The notes: generated by a model not told the origin, from the sequence alone. Numbered from the stretch's first letter, positions 26,529-35,422 are shown. The stretch is DNA of 45,719 nucleotides from Candidatus Nealsonbacteria bacterium (GCA_019923655.1 JAHXGL010000003.1:1-45719), one strand, 5' to 3'. Program-made: numbers and translations.

Positions 26529-27746
26529 TTAACCCATATTTTCTATTTTAGCAAATTTTTTAGCGAAAAGAGTCATTATTATGACAAAAACCCCGCCAAC
26601 AATAAACAAAAACTGAAACCCCAAAAAGCCAATAATTGCTCCTGATATTAGAGTGCCTAAAGCTATGCCCAAGGGAGCAAAAATAGTGTCTAAGATGCTG
26701 GCTTCTTCAGGATATGCTTTTAATTCCGAAGAAATTAAACCTGACCGGCTAGCGCTGCAAACCAACCCCCCTGCTGAACGAGCAATGTTTATCGCTAAAA
26801 TACTTAAAAAATTTAGAAGAGGCATTGTTACTCCAAACAAAATTGAGAAAAGACCAACGACAATGCCCCCTTGAAAAATATTCTCCTTGCTTTGAGATTT
26901 CTTAAGACGTTTAATTAATAAAAGCGAAATTGGCAAAAACAAAAATGAAAAAACAGAAACAAAAATTAAAATTAGGTTTTGCGACCAAAAAAGCTCTTCT
27001 CTTAAAAACAAAACGAAAAAAGCCTGATAAAAACCGGCTAAAAGCAAAACAGAAAAAGCAGCTGCCATCAAAGGTAAAATATTTCTTCTTTTTACGACTT
27101 GAAAAACTTTCTGAAAGCTTTGCCTGAAATCAGCCAATTCAAAACCCTGGTCAATTAAAATTTTAGCTGGTTGCCTTAGTTTGAAAAAAACAAAAAAAGC
27201 GGTGAATAAAAAAATAATCAAACTTACAATAAAGACACCGCTAAAATCAAATTTCCAGATAAAAAAAGCGCCTACAATTGGTGCGATAACATTAACATAA
27301 AAAGGGGCGGAATAGAACCAACCAAAAGCCTGGTCAGGATTTCTCAACCGCAATCCCATTAAAATTGCTCTCGCTGAAACAAAAAATAAAGCCGCTGAAA
27401 TTCCCAAGAAAACCTGCCAGACATAAAACAAATTTATTCCTTGCCATGTCTGGTAAATTGGAATCAAGATCATTCCCAAAACATAAATTCCGTAACCAAA
27501 AATACCGCTAGTAGCCAAAAGCGCTGGATTTAGTTTATGATTCAGAAAACCGACAATTGGAGAAAAAATAGCAATCGGCAAGTAAATTAAAAAATAAATA
27601 AAACCCACTTCTGGCAAAGACATTCCCCGCGCCACTAAAAATAAAGGGAAATAGAGCGAGAAAAGCTTATAACCAAACATTAATAAAAAATGAGCAATAA
27701 AGACCTGCTTGGCAATCTTTTCAATTTTCGGCAAAAAAGACATCAT
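26529..27746 (-). CDS. MFS-type transporter
   Basis: 405 aa, about 12 hydrophobic segments in a 6+6 layout. Confidence 0.7.
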   Translation of the reverse strand: MMSFLPKIEKIAKQVFIAHFLLMFGYKLFSLYFPLFLVARGMSLPEVGFIYFLIYLPIAIFSPIVGFLNHKLNPALLATSGIFGYGIYVLGMILIPIYQTWQGINLFYVWQVFLGISAALFFVSARAILMGLRLRNPDQAFGWFYSAPFYVNVIAPIVGAFFIWKFDFSGVFIVSLIIFLFTAFFVFFKLRQPAKILIDQGFELADFRQSFQKVFQVVKRRNILPLMAAAFSVLLLAGFYQAFFVLFLREELFWSQNLILIFVSVFSFLFLPISLLLIKRLKKSQSKENIFQGGIVVGLFSILFGVTMPLLNFLSILAINIARSAGGLVCSASRSGLISSELKAYPEEASILDTIFAPLGIALGTLISGAIIGFLGFQFLFIVGGVFVIIMTLFAKKFAKIENMG

Positions 27747-28714
27747 TGTATCGCGCTCAAACGTTTAATTCTTTTCAGGGTGTTGGGATGAGTGGTAAAT
27801 ATCTCCATTATCTTTTCCGCTTTTGTAAGTTTTGTTTTTTTAGTTCTTAGAGCCAAAAGCTCATTCTGGTCTATTGTCCCTGATAAATCCTTGTCAACTT
27901 CTTTTAATTCTTTAACTTCGTTCCAGGCGCGGCTAACATCGTTCAAGAAAAAAGCTTTTATCGCGCCCACTCTTTTTAATTCTTCCTGGCCTTGTCGGGT
28001 TTTTTTAGCTTGAGCCGAGCTATAGACCAATTTATAGAGAGCCGAAGCTAAATAGTGAGGATTATTTCCCAGCTTTACGCTTCTTTCATCGGCATAATAT
28101 TCTCTAATTCGCGAACCATATAAAACCAAGAGGTTAGTCAAAAAGTAAAGCGCCATTGCTCCTAATCCAATTAAAACCGCATAACCTCCCCTCTGGCGGC
28201 CAAAAGCTCCTCCCCACATTAAATTAAAAGCAACCCAATAGAGAATTAAAGGGATAACTGAAATCAGAGTGATAATCATCATATCCCGGTGTTTTAGATG
28301 GGCAATTTCGTGGCCCAGAACTGCTTTTAGTTCATTTTGGTTAAGCAAGCCGCGAATTCCCTGGGTGACGCAAACTCTGCCATCTCTCATCGTTCTGCCA
28401 AAAGCAAAAGCATTTGGGATAGAAATCTGGGAAATGCCTATTTTTGGCTTGGGAATTCCGGCTTTTTGGGACAATTCCGTTATTTGACGATGAAGTTCCG
28501 GCTCTTCTTTTTCCGAAACATATCTTATCCGCATTATCATTGAAACCATTGACGGCCCAAACCAATACTGAAAACCCATAAATAAAAAAGCTAATATAAT
28601 ATAAACGCTGGCATTGCCTATGCCCAAATAACTGCCAATTCCGGTAATTACCCCGTAAAGAATCCCGAACAACAGCGCTACTAATAACCACATTTTTATT
28701 TGAAGTCCAAACAT
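27743..28714 (-). CDS. htpX: M48-family zinc metalloprotease (HtpX-like)
   Basis: HEIAH motif, 4 TM segments and an HtpX-like layout. Confidence 0.85.
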   Translation of the reverse strand: MFGLQIKMWLLVALLFGILYGVITGIGSYLGIGNASVYIILAFLFMGFQYWFGPSMVSMIMRIRYVSEKEEPELHRQITELSQKAGIPKPKIGISQISIPNAFAFGRTMRDGRVCVTQGIRGLLNQNELKAVLGHEIAHLKHRDMMIITLISVIPLILYWVAFNLMWGGAFGRQRGGYAVLIGLGAMALYFLTNLLVLYGSRIREYYADERSVKLGNNPHYLASALYKLVYSSAQAKKTRQGQEELKRVGAIKAFFLNDVSRAWNEVKELKEVDKDLSGTIDQNELLALRTKKTKLTKAEKIMEIFTTHPNTLKRIKRLSAIQ

Positions 28715-28718
28715 AGAT

Positions 28719-29093
28719 TTATATTTTGCGTTTTATTTCTGCCCTTCTTATTCTCCTTTCGTCCATACCAAAATGATGGGCGATTTCATGCCAGACCGTA
28801 TTTTTGACAATTTCTTTTACCTCTTGTTCTGAGCGCGCCATTTTAGTAATCGGTTTTCTAAAAATGGTTATTTTATCAGGCAAAACCTGGCCATAATGCC
28901 ATCTATTTGTTTGAGGCACACCCTCATATAAACCAAGAATAAATGAACCCTTTCTGACATTTAGTTTACTTAACTGATAAGAGCTTGGCTCATCTTCAAT
29001 CACAATATCAATATTCTTTAATTTTTCCAGAAATCTTTCAGGAATAGCCTCAATCCCCTGTTTAACGATTTCTCTAAATTTATTTTCAGTCAT
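28719..29093 (-). CDS. Small zinc metallopeptidase-like protein (zinicin/DUF1025-like)
   Basis: 124 aa with HEIAHHFG near the C-terminus. Confidence 0.7.
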   Translation of the reverse strand: MTENKFREIVKQGIEAIPERFLEKLKNIDIVIEDEPSSYQLSKLNVRKGSFILGLYEGVPQTNRWHYGQVLPDKITIFRKPITKMARSEQEVKEIVKNTVWHEIAHHFGMDERRIRRAEIKRKI

Positions 29094-29094
29094 A

Positions 29095-29523
29095 TTATTG
29101 AATCTTACTTAAATCTCCGTTTAAAATAATAGGGTCCATTGACTTTATCTCTTCAGTATAAGAAACATATTCTGGTACAGAATTGAGTAAATAAATGGGT
29201 TTATTTAGATAGAAAGCTATTGCCATTTCAGCAAAAGTGTTGCCGCCAATATAATTCTTATTACTTTCATCCCTATCGTAATTTAAGACCAGAATCGCAT
29301 CCCCCTTAGCCACTTCTTCAAAATGCTTTCTTACTAAATCATGTTTCTTTTTAAAATTAGCATCTGTCCTTCCGCCTTTGAAGTTGTCCAAATTAATTTT
29401 ACCAGCAGCAAAACTCTCTGCCATTTCCGGCAGCAAAACCTCATGTCCTTTCCTTTCTAAAATCTTTTTTGTTTCAATCATTCTTTTAGCAAATTTTGCA
29501 CTGGCGCAAATCGTAATTTTCAT
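29095..29523 (-). CDS. Nucleoside 2-deoxyribosyltransferase-like (Rossmann-like) protein
   Basis: 142 aa. The pattern MKITICAS..F...M.....L...GHEV..P ... DAILVLN ... GGNTFAEMAIAFYLNKPIYLL resembles the NDT-like superfamily. No search was possible. Confidence 0.45.
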   Translation of the reverse strand: MKITICASAKFAKRMIETKKILERKGHEVLLPEMAESFAAGKINLDNFKGGRTDANFKKKHDLVRKHFEEVAKGDAILVLNYDRDESNKNYIGGNTFAEMAIAFYLNKPIYLLNSVPEYVSYTEEIKSMDPIILNGDLSKIQ

Positions 29524-29984
29524 ATTTTAACGCTATTTTTCATTTCTTCTCCTAAAATTGCTTCATTTGGATTATAACCATCTAAGCAGGTTACTTCTTC
29601 TTTTTTGAAATTTCCAACCGAGACCAACGCAACTTTCTTGCCTTTTAATTTTTCTGAAAGATATAACGGCAAACATCTATCTATAAATGTTTTCATCAAA
29701 GCAGTAACATTGTCAAAATATGTCGGGCTTCCCAAAACAATAATATCTGCTTTAGATAATTTATAATACAATTCTTGCATATCGTCTTTAACAGCGCATT
29801 TATGTGAGTGATAACACCCTTTACAAGCAGTGCATGGCTTAATATTTTTATCTTTCAATAAAATCAATTCGTAAACGCAACTAGTTGCATCAAGCACTGT
29901 TCTCAGCATATAATTCGTATTTTTGTCTCTTGGGCTTCCGGATACGCCAATTATATTATATTTTTTTCTTTTAACAATGCTCAT
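29520..29984 (-). CDS. Flavodoxin-like / iron-sulfur flavoprotein (NAD(P)H-dependent FMN reductase family)
   Basis: 154 aa. IGVSGSPR motif, cysteine cluster CTACKGCYHSHKC, and LGSPTYF. Confidence 0.75.
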   Translation of the reverse strand: MSIVKRKKYNIIGVSGSPRDKNTNYMLRTVLDATSCVYELILLKDKNIKPCTACKGCYHSHKCAVKDDMQELYYKLSKADIIVLGSPTYFDNVTALMKTFIDRCLPLYLSEKLKGKKVALVSVGNFKKEEVTCLDGYNPNEAILGEEMKNSVKI

Positions 29985-29990
29985 ATTGTA

Positions 29991-30024
29991 ATTCTACCAA
30001 AAAACCGCCTCAATAAAAAGGCGA
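29991..30024 (-). promoter_or_regulatory. Hairpin plus U-run plus TGGTAGAAT promoter cassette, copy a
   Basis: In minus sense: cgcct-loop-aggcg hairpin, TTTTTT, TGGTAGAAT, then 6 nt to the ATG at 29984. Confidence 0.65.
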
Positions 30025-30109
30025 TTTTGTCGGCTCGCTTGGTGGACAGCTTCCGCGATGGGCTTTTTTGTTTTGACCAAAAATTCAAAAACGTCCCCAA
30101 TTTCGTCCC

Positions 30110-30134
30110 CTTAATTTTTTCTTTCATAGATTTA
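30110..30134. repeat. 25-bp perfect direct repeat, left copy, flanking the RelE/RHH cassette
   Basis: cttaattttttctttcatagattta is identical to 30836-30860. Confidence 0.95.
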
Positions 30135-30228
30135 TTTATATTAAGAATTTTGCCTTAAAAATTCAATAAAAATTGTCCGGGATGGGCGTTTTATTTCCAC
30201 TAAGAAGGCGATTTAGTAATAGTAGTTT

Positions 30229-30540
30229 TTAATCCCACAATTTATAAATAGAATGTTCTCCAACAGAGTGGAACCAAATCGTAGTCGATGAACTTCGTTC
30301 ATCTTCACCCTTCGCTGTCGCTCGGGTATTTGAATTAACAAATTCAAAAATAATTCGATATTTTTGATTTATAGAAAAAGAAAGAAACCCTTTAAGGTTT
30401 CCTTTTAGTTTGTGAGTTTTAAGTCTTGAGTCAAAAGGATTCTTCCGAAAGATTTGTTCTTTTTTTTCGGCAATTTTCTTAATTCTTAATGGTAATTTCT
30501 GATATTCACGGGCGAATTTGCTCGAATAGAAAATCTTCAT
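30229..30540 (-). CDS. relE: RelE/ParE-superfamily toxin carrying an in-frame insertion
   Basis: 103 aa. The pattern F..KNPF...LKTHKLKGNLKG..SFSIN..YRIIFEF......WFHSVGEHSIY fits the family. An insert of about 16 aa (TRATAKGEDERSSST) is encoded by a GC-rich palindromic patch. Confidence 0.7.
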   Translation of the reverse strand: MKIFYSSKFAREYQKLPLRIKKIAEKKEQIFRKNPFDSRLKTHKLKGNLKGFLSFSINQKYRIIFEFVNSNTRATAKGEDERSSSTTIWFHSVGEHSIYKLWD

Positions 30541-30551
30541 TTAGATATGAA

Positions 30552-30767
30552 TTACCGTAAGTTCTTCAATGATCTTAAAAGTTTTCCCTTGCCGGAAACA
30601 AGTTCTTTCCGACTCTCGGCTAACTCTCGGATAATCTTTCCCTCTATCCACATCCGCAAAAGGTCACGAAAGAATTCGCTCTTTGTAGAGTATTTGCCCT
30701 TCTTTACCAACTCTTCAACTGTTCTATTTAATTCTTTTGGTAATGAAATATTAATTATTTCACGCAT
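30552..30767 (-). CDS. Ribbon-helix-helix (CopG/RelB-like) antitoxin
   Basis: 71 aa. It has the N-terminal RHH pattern (INISLPKELNRTVEELVKKGKYSTKSEFFRDLLR) and lies directly upstream of the toxin. Confidence 0.75.
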   Translation of the reverse strand: MREIINISLPKELNRTVEELVKKGKYSTKSEFFRDLLRMWIEGKIIRELAESRKELVSGKGKLLRSLKNLR

Positions 30768-30772
30768 ATATT

Positions 30773-30822
30773 TGTAATACTTTGTATTACATAGATATTA
30801 GCATTCCATAAACTGTTGTCAA
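30773..30822 (-). promoter_or_regulatory. Promoter and palindromic operator of the RHH-RelE operon
   Basis: In minus sense: TTGACA (30822-30817), 16 nt, TAATAT (30800-30795) preceded by TGC. A perfect 8-3-8 inverted repeat TGTAATAC-TTT-GTATTACA (30773-30791) sits between the -10 box and the ATG. Confidence 0.7.
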
Positions 30823-30835
30823 GATAGGAAAAACT

Positions 30836-30860
30836 CTTAATTTTTTCTTTCATAGATTTA
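30836..30860. repeat. 25-bp perfect direct repeat, right copy
   Basis: Identical to 30110-30134. Confidence 0.95.
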
Positions 30861-30876
30861 CAAATTTAACTTCAGG

Positions 30877-31422
30877 CTAAGTTTTATCAAAACAAGTTTT
30901 TTTTACTAAATCAACATTTGAACCTTTAACTATATCTCCGAGATATTTGAGAAATTTATTTCTATATTGAACAAACATTTTTTCATCTTTTTCCTTGCTC
31001 TCTAATGTAGTTTGAATTTCGATTTCAAAGATTTTACCAACGCTATTTACATCATCAAGGTTGAAAGTAATATTGTCTTTTCGCCATCGCTCTCTATTTT
31101 TCTCAACAATTGCTTTTATTCCCAAAACCTCCGATAAAAAGCTTAATAGCTCATTATCTTTTACCTCATAGAGATACACATTGGCAGGATTACTACTATT
31201 TTTCTTAAAATCCCCTCTTCTGTAAAAGACGAGGGTTTGTTTTCCATTCTCTGTTCGAAGCTTCAATCTTGGCTCAATCAAATAATCATTTTGAGGCAAA
31301 TTAAAGAAATAGTCTTTTTGGAATACTACACCAAGATTTGTCGCTCCATTTTTCTGCAATGTTTCACGAATAGAGACGAAATCCTTACAATAGTGTTTTA
31401 ATTCAAGATTTATTTTCTGCAT
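30877..31422 (-). CDS. CYTH-domain protein (class IV adenylate cyclase / triphosphate tunnel metalloenzyme-like)
   Basis: 181 aa. N-terminal ELK motif (INLELKHY), with alternating beta-strand charged residues typical of CYTH. Confidence 0.7.
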   Translation of the reverse strand: MQKINLELKHYCKDFVSIRETLQKNGATNLGVVFQKDYFFNLPQNDYLIEPRLKLRTENGKQTLVFYRRGDFKKNSSNPANVYLYEVKDNELLSFLSEVLGIKAIVEKNRERWRKDNITFNLDDVNSVGKIFEIEIQTTLESKEKDEKMFVQYRNKFLKYLGDIVKGSNVDLVKKTCFDKT

Positions 31423-31431
31423 TGCAAGTTC

Positions 31432-31460
31432 ATTCTACCAAAAAACCGCCTCCTTGGCGA
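31432..31460 (-). promoter_or_regulatory. Hairpin plus U-run plus TGGTAGAAT promoter cassette, copy b; it also serves as the obg terminator
   Basis: In minus sense: tcgccaaggaggcgg hairpin, TTTTTT, TGGTAGAAT, then 9 nt to the ATG at 31422. It lies 8 nt after the obg stop. Confidence 0.7.
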
Positions 31461-31467
31461 TTAAAAA

Positions 31468-32472
31468 TTATGATTTTTGTTCTGTTTTTTCCAAAATTAA
31501 ATCATTAAGTATTTTTTTGACAAGCTTGATGCTGTCCCAATCAAATATAGAAATCGGAGTTGTATTTTTATTTAATTCTTCAAGATTTTCTACAACCTCA
31601 CGGGCAATATCGGGTGAAACCACGTCTTTTTTGCTTACCAATACATATTCTGGTTTTTCCAGAAGCAATTTATTATATGCCCCTAATTCGCTGCGCACCG
31701 TTTTATAATCCGCCACCGGATTAGCAGAATCTGCGGCAACAAAATGAAACAAGGTCTTTGTTCGCTCTATATGCCGTAAAAATTTAATGCCGAGACCTTT
31801 ACCCATAGACGCGCCCTCAATAAGCCCGGGAATATCAGCGAGTATTAAATCGTAATACACGCCCAAATTCGGCTCTAAAGTCGTGAACGGATAATTTGCC
31901 ACTTTGCTTTTGGCATTAGTCAACTCGTTAAGCAAACTTGATTTTCCGACATTGGGCGTTCCTACAAACCCTACGTCGGCAATCAGCTTTAATTCAAAAT
32001 GGATTTCCAGCGATTCTCCCGGCCTCCCGTATTCAAATTCTTTCGGCGTTGTATTGGTTGCTGAACGAAAATGAAAATTTCCCCTTCCTCCGCGTCCGCC
32101 GCGGACAATTACTGCCCGCTGGCCGATTTTAGTTATCTCAACATCTTCACCCGTGTTTAAATTATGCGCTACTGTTCCGACGGGAACAAATAAAATCAAA
32201 TCGTCAGCGTTATTGCCGTCGCGAAATTGCGAACGGCCGTCCTGTCCGTCTTTAGCTTTAATTTCTTTTTTAAAACGGAATTGATTTAGCGCGCTTAAAT
32301 CAGAAACTCCTTCAATATAAATACTGCCGCCCTTACCGCCGCCACCGCCAACCGGACCCAAAGCCATCATGTTTTTATTAAACGCCACTGTTCCTTTTCC
32401 GCCGCTTCCGGCTGTTACTTTTATTTTTACATCATCAATAAGCATAAAGGTTTTGTACAACTTGACCGGCAT
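31468..32472 (-). CDS. obg: GTPase Obg/CgtA
   Basis: Glycine-rich Obg fold (AGSGGKG, GGGGGKGG), with G1 GTPNVGKSS and G3 DIPG motifs. The family-typical start MLIDDVKI is at 32445; the upstream ATG at 32472 adds 9 aa. Confidence 0.93.
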   Translation of the reverse strand: MPVKLYKTFMLIDDVKIKVTAGSGGKGTVAFNKNMMALGPVGGGGGKGGSIYIEGVSDLSALNQFRFKKEIKAKDGQDGRSQFRDGNNADDLILFVPVGTVAHNLNTGEDVEITKIGQRAVIVRGGRGGRGNFHFRSATNTTPKEFEYGRPGESLEIHFELKLIADVGFVGTPNVGKSSLLNELTNAKSKVANYPFTTLEPNLGVYYDLILADIPGLIEGASMGKGLGIKFLRHIERTKTLFHFVAADSANPVADYKTVRSELGAYNKLLLEKPEYVLVSKKDVVSPDIAREVVENLEELNKNTTPISIFDWDSIKLVKKILNDLILEKTEQKS

Positions 32473-32523
32473 CCTCGGTCTGGAAAAAAATTTTAAGAGG
32501 GTTTTAGAAAAACATTTTTCATA

Positions 32524-33108
32524 TTAAATTCTAAATCCCCTGCCAATAATATAAAATTCTTTGCTTTTCTTGATTACTGCTTTTGGCTTGAATCTTTTTG
32601 CAAAATCAAAACAATTTTTCACTTTTTTGAAAAATTCATCACTTGATTCGCTTTCAAAAACCTTACAGATAAAATTTCCGCCCGGCAGCAAAACTGATTT
32701 TGCGATTTCAAAAGATTTTTCTGCCAACTCTAAAGACTTTCCGGAATCTAAAAATTTTACGCCCGAGGTTTTTGGCGACAAGTCGGAAACAATCGCCTGA
32801 AACTTTTCCTTAAAATCCAATTCTTTTAAATCAAAAATGCTTTTTTTAATGAAAGTAATGTTGGATTTTTTGGGTATTTTAATTTCTTCAATATCAACAC
32901 CAATTACCTTTCCCCTATTGCCCACTTTTTGAGAAATATATAAAATCCAGGAACCCGGCGCACAACCCAAATCTAAAACCTGGCTGTTCTCTTTGATAAT
33001 TTTGTATTTTTTGTCTATTTCTTGTAGTTTATATACTGACCTTGCAGGATACCCATCCTTTTTTGCCAATGCTGTGTAAAACTCATTTTGTCTGTCTTTT
33101 CTGTACAT
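32524..33108 (-). CDS. rlmE: 23S rRNA (uridine2552-2'-O)-methyltransferase RlmE/FtsJ
   Basis: 194 aa with RSVYKL, VLDLGCAPGSW and DLSP motifs. Confidence 0.88.
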   Translation of the reverse strand: MYRKDRQNEFYTALAKKDGYPARSVYKLQEIDKKYKIIKENSQVLDLGCAPGSWILYISQKVGNRGKVIGVDIEEIKIPKKSNITFIKKSIFDLKELDFKEKFQAIVSDLSPKTSGVKFLDSGKSLELAEKSFEIAKSVLLPGGNFICKVFESESSDEFFKKVKNCFDFAKRFKPKAVIKKSKEFYIIGRGFRI

Positions 33109-33165
33109 TATCTTAAACTATCATTTTAAAAACAAAAAACAAATTTTAAAAAACCGAGATTTCTC

Positions 33166-33270
33166 TCAGTCAGATTTCTTAATTGAATATAACCCTTTTT
33201 CATTTAAGTTTACCAGTTTCTTTTTCCACATCTTGACTGCTATTCTTTTGCCTTGAGAGTCATTTTCCAT
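33166..33270 (-). CDS. Candidate 34-aa small protein (MENDSQGKRIAVKMWKKKLVNLNEKGLYSIKKSD)
   Basis: Not in the ORF track. The ATG lies 8 nt after a copy of the TGGTAGAAT cassette, and the ORF is followed by a cugaga-gaaa-ucucgg hairpin plus U-run. There is no homology evidence. Confidence 0.3.
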   Translation of the reverse strand: MENDSQGKRIAVKMWKKKLVNLNEKGLYSIKKSD

Positions 33271-33278
33271 ATTGTTTT

Positions 33279-33308
33279 ATTCTACCAAAAAATCGCGATT
33301 TTGGCGAC
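33279..33308 (-). promoter_or_regulatory. Hairpin plus U-run plus TGGTAGAAT promoter cassette, copy c (degenerate hairpin)
   Basis: In minus sense: gtcgccaaaatcgcga, TTTTTT, GGTAGAAT, then 8 nt to the ATG at 33270. Confidence 0.55.
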
Positions 33309-33337
33309 TCTAATTTCAGCCTAAATTTTATCAAAAA

Positions 33338-33409
33338 ATAGACCCCGTTAGAAATTCTCAAAACAAACTATTTCAGTAATAATTATACGTGTACAATTTC
33401 TAACGGGGT
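33338..33409 (-). terminator. Long-stem hairpin plus U-run downstream of xth
   Basis: 15-bp inverted repeat accccgttagaaatt / aatttctaacggggt (33342-56 / 33395-409) with a 38-nt loop, followed in minus sense by ctatttttt. Confidence 0.55.
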
Positions 33410-33435
33410 AGAGTTGACCCCATTTTTTTGCATTC

Positions 33436-34200
33436 CTATAACTTGTTTTGTAGCTCTATACCGACCGGACAATGATCAGATATATTAATTTTTGGTAGAA
33501 TAAAAGCGTCCTTTAATTTGGGAAGTATCTTCTTTGACGCAAAAACATAATCAATGCGCCAGCCAATATTTCTTTTTCTGGCATTAAAACCATATTGCCA
33601 CCAAGAATAATTTTCTCCTTCTGTGTGAAATTTTCTGAAAGTGTCTATAAAGCCCAAATTTAATAATTTATCTATTTGCTTTCTTTCTTCTGGGGTGAAC
33701 ATAATATTGCGTTGATTTTGTTTTGGTCGAGCTAAATCTATTTCTTGATGAGCAATATTAAAATCGCCAATAAGAATAATATTTTTATCTCTCGTCTCCT
33801 TAAGATAATTAAAAATATACTGATAAGCTTTTAACTTATAACCAAGATTTTCCTTTTGATGGCCGCCATGCGGCAGATAAAGATTAATTAACGTAAAATT
33901 TGGGTATTTGAGTTTTATTATCCTGCCCTCATTATCAAATCTCTCAAAACCTAATTTATATTCTACTTTGGTTGGCTTGTATTTTGTGTAAACCGCCACT
34001 CCAGAGTAACCTTTTTTCTCGGCTGGATTCAAATATAAATGATACTCGTCAATACTAAGTAAATCTTCGGGAAATTGCTGTTTGGCGGCCCTGGTTTCTT
34101 GCAAACAAACAATATCTGCCATGCTATTCTTCAACCATTTTAAAAAACCTTTTTTATGGGCCGCTCTTATTCCATTTACATTACAAGAGAAAATTTTCAT
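33436..34200 (-). CDS. xth: Exodeoxyribonuclease III
   Basis: 254 aa with an EEP-fold pattern (NVNGIRA, CLQETR, GDFNIAH, SDHCPV). TAGAAT lies 6 nt upstream of the ATG. Confidence 0.93.
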   Translation of the reverse strand: MKIFSCNVNGIRAAHKKGFLKWLKNSMADIVCLQETRAAKQQFPEDLLSIDEYHLYLNPAEKKGYSGVAVYTKYKPTKVEYKLGFERFDNEGRIIKLKYPNFTLINLYLPHGGHQKENLGYKLKAYQYIFNYLKETRDKNIILIGDFNIAHQEIDLARPKQNQRNIMFTPEERKQIDKLLNLGFIDTFRKFHTEGENYSWWQYGFNARKRNIGWRIDYVFASKKILPKLKDAFILPKINISDHCPVGIELQNKL

Positions 34201-34239
34201 GCTCTTATTCTATGGGTAACAGCCATCCTTTAAGTTCTT

Positions 34240-35409
34240 TTAATAACATAAATCTAAAATTGTCTTTTTGTATATTTCAAATACTTTGGGGAGGGTGTTA
34301 ATATCCACCCATTCGTTTGGAGCGTGGATATTTCCATCTTCACAACCAAAACTATTTATTATTGGAATGCCAAGTTCGCTTATAATGCTTCCCACGCTTC
34401 CCAGTCCACTACTAACTAAAGGAATTTTTTTATTTAACTTTTTTTGGGCAATCTTTTGAAGCAGTTTTACAAATTTATTATTAGGATCAGTTAAAAAGGC
34501 ATTTTCGCATTGGAAAACCTCTATTTTACATTTACAGAAAAGTTGCGAATTTTTTCTTAATACTTTATAAATCTTATTTAAAATCTCTCTCTTGTTTTGA
34601 GACGGCAAAAATCTAATATCAATTTTTGCTTCGCATTCATCTGGTACAATATTTACAGCAATGCCTCCCTTAATAAGAGAAACATTGAAATTTGAACCAT
34701 ACTCAAAAAAAGGCGCTTTCTTGCCGCCCAAGCTTAACTTCTCCAAAACATTAATAACATCTGCCATCTGATGAATGGCATTGATTCCTTTCTTTCTCTT
34801 GCTTCCAGTATGAGCTGATTGACCCTTAGTGGTTATTTTCAGTCGCAGAAATCCCCTTGCTCCAATAGAGATCTCGTTTATTCTTTGATATCCTAAAATA
34901 CAAACGTCAGCTTTTGGTTTTTGCTTTAAGATGTCTCTTATCCCGGTAAATTCTCCGTTTTGTTCATTAGCATCAAAGCCAAGAATAATATTCCCTTTAA
35001 ATTGAGGATTATTGTACAGTTCTTTTGCTAAATAACAGAAAATAGCTATGCCTATTTTAGAATCAGCCACTCCCCTGCCATACATCTTTGAACCCTTGAT
35101 AACAGCTTTTATGGGAGGATACTTCCACCTTGAAATATCTCCGATCGGAACGGTATCCAAACAAGATTCTAACCAGATAGTTTTTCCTCCGAAACTTTTA
35201 TTAATCTTACAAAATACAGAGGGATGTCTTTTGCTTCCTATTGTTTTGGGAGAAAAGCCAAATGAAGATAATTTCTTAGATACTAAATCAGCTATCTTTT
35301 TTTCTGAGTCAATGCCATTTTGAGATGGCGTCGCTACTAATTGTTTTGTGAAATTGATAATATCCAAATAAATTTTCTCCATATTTTTCTCAAAATTTTC
35401 ACCAGTCAT
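34240..35409 (-). CDS. M20-family metallopeptidase (ArgE/DapE-like deacylase)
   Basis: About 389 aa with M20 metal-binding patterns (GRGVADSK, NEQNGE). ATG at 35409; the track start at 35412 is a TTG. Confidence 0.8.
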   Translation of the reverse strand: MTGENFEKNMEKIYLDIINFTKQLVATPSQNGIDSEKKIADLVSKKLSSFGFSPKTIGSKRHPSVFCKINKSFGGKTIWLESCLDTVPIGDISRWKYPPIKAVIKGSKMYGRGVADSKIGIAIFCYLAKELYNNPQFKGNIILGFDANEQNGEFTGIRDILKQKPKADVCILGYQRINEISIGARGFLRLKITTKGQSAHTGSKRKKGINAIHQMADVINVLEKLSLGGKKAPFFEYGSNFNVSLIKGGIAVNIVPDECEAKIDIRFLPSQNKREILNKIYKVLRKNSQLFCKCKIEVFQCENAFLTDPNNKFVKLLQKIAQKKLNKKIPLVSSGLGSVGSIISELGIPIINSFGCEDGNIHAPNEWVDINTLPKVFEIYKKTILDLCY

Positions 35410-35422
35410 CAAATTTTTAGAA

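Noticed and set aside
30025-30127. Small ORFs starting at the ATG inside each 25-bp direct repeat (MKEKIK...; 49 aa at 29983-30127 and 32 aa at 30758-30853)
   Set aside because: The two ORFs diverge immediately after the repeat. They run through promoter, operator and terminator elements and overlap the next gene's start in another frame. The shared ATG more likely belongs to a recombination scar.
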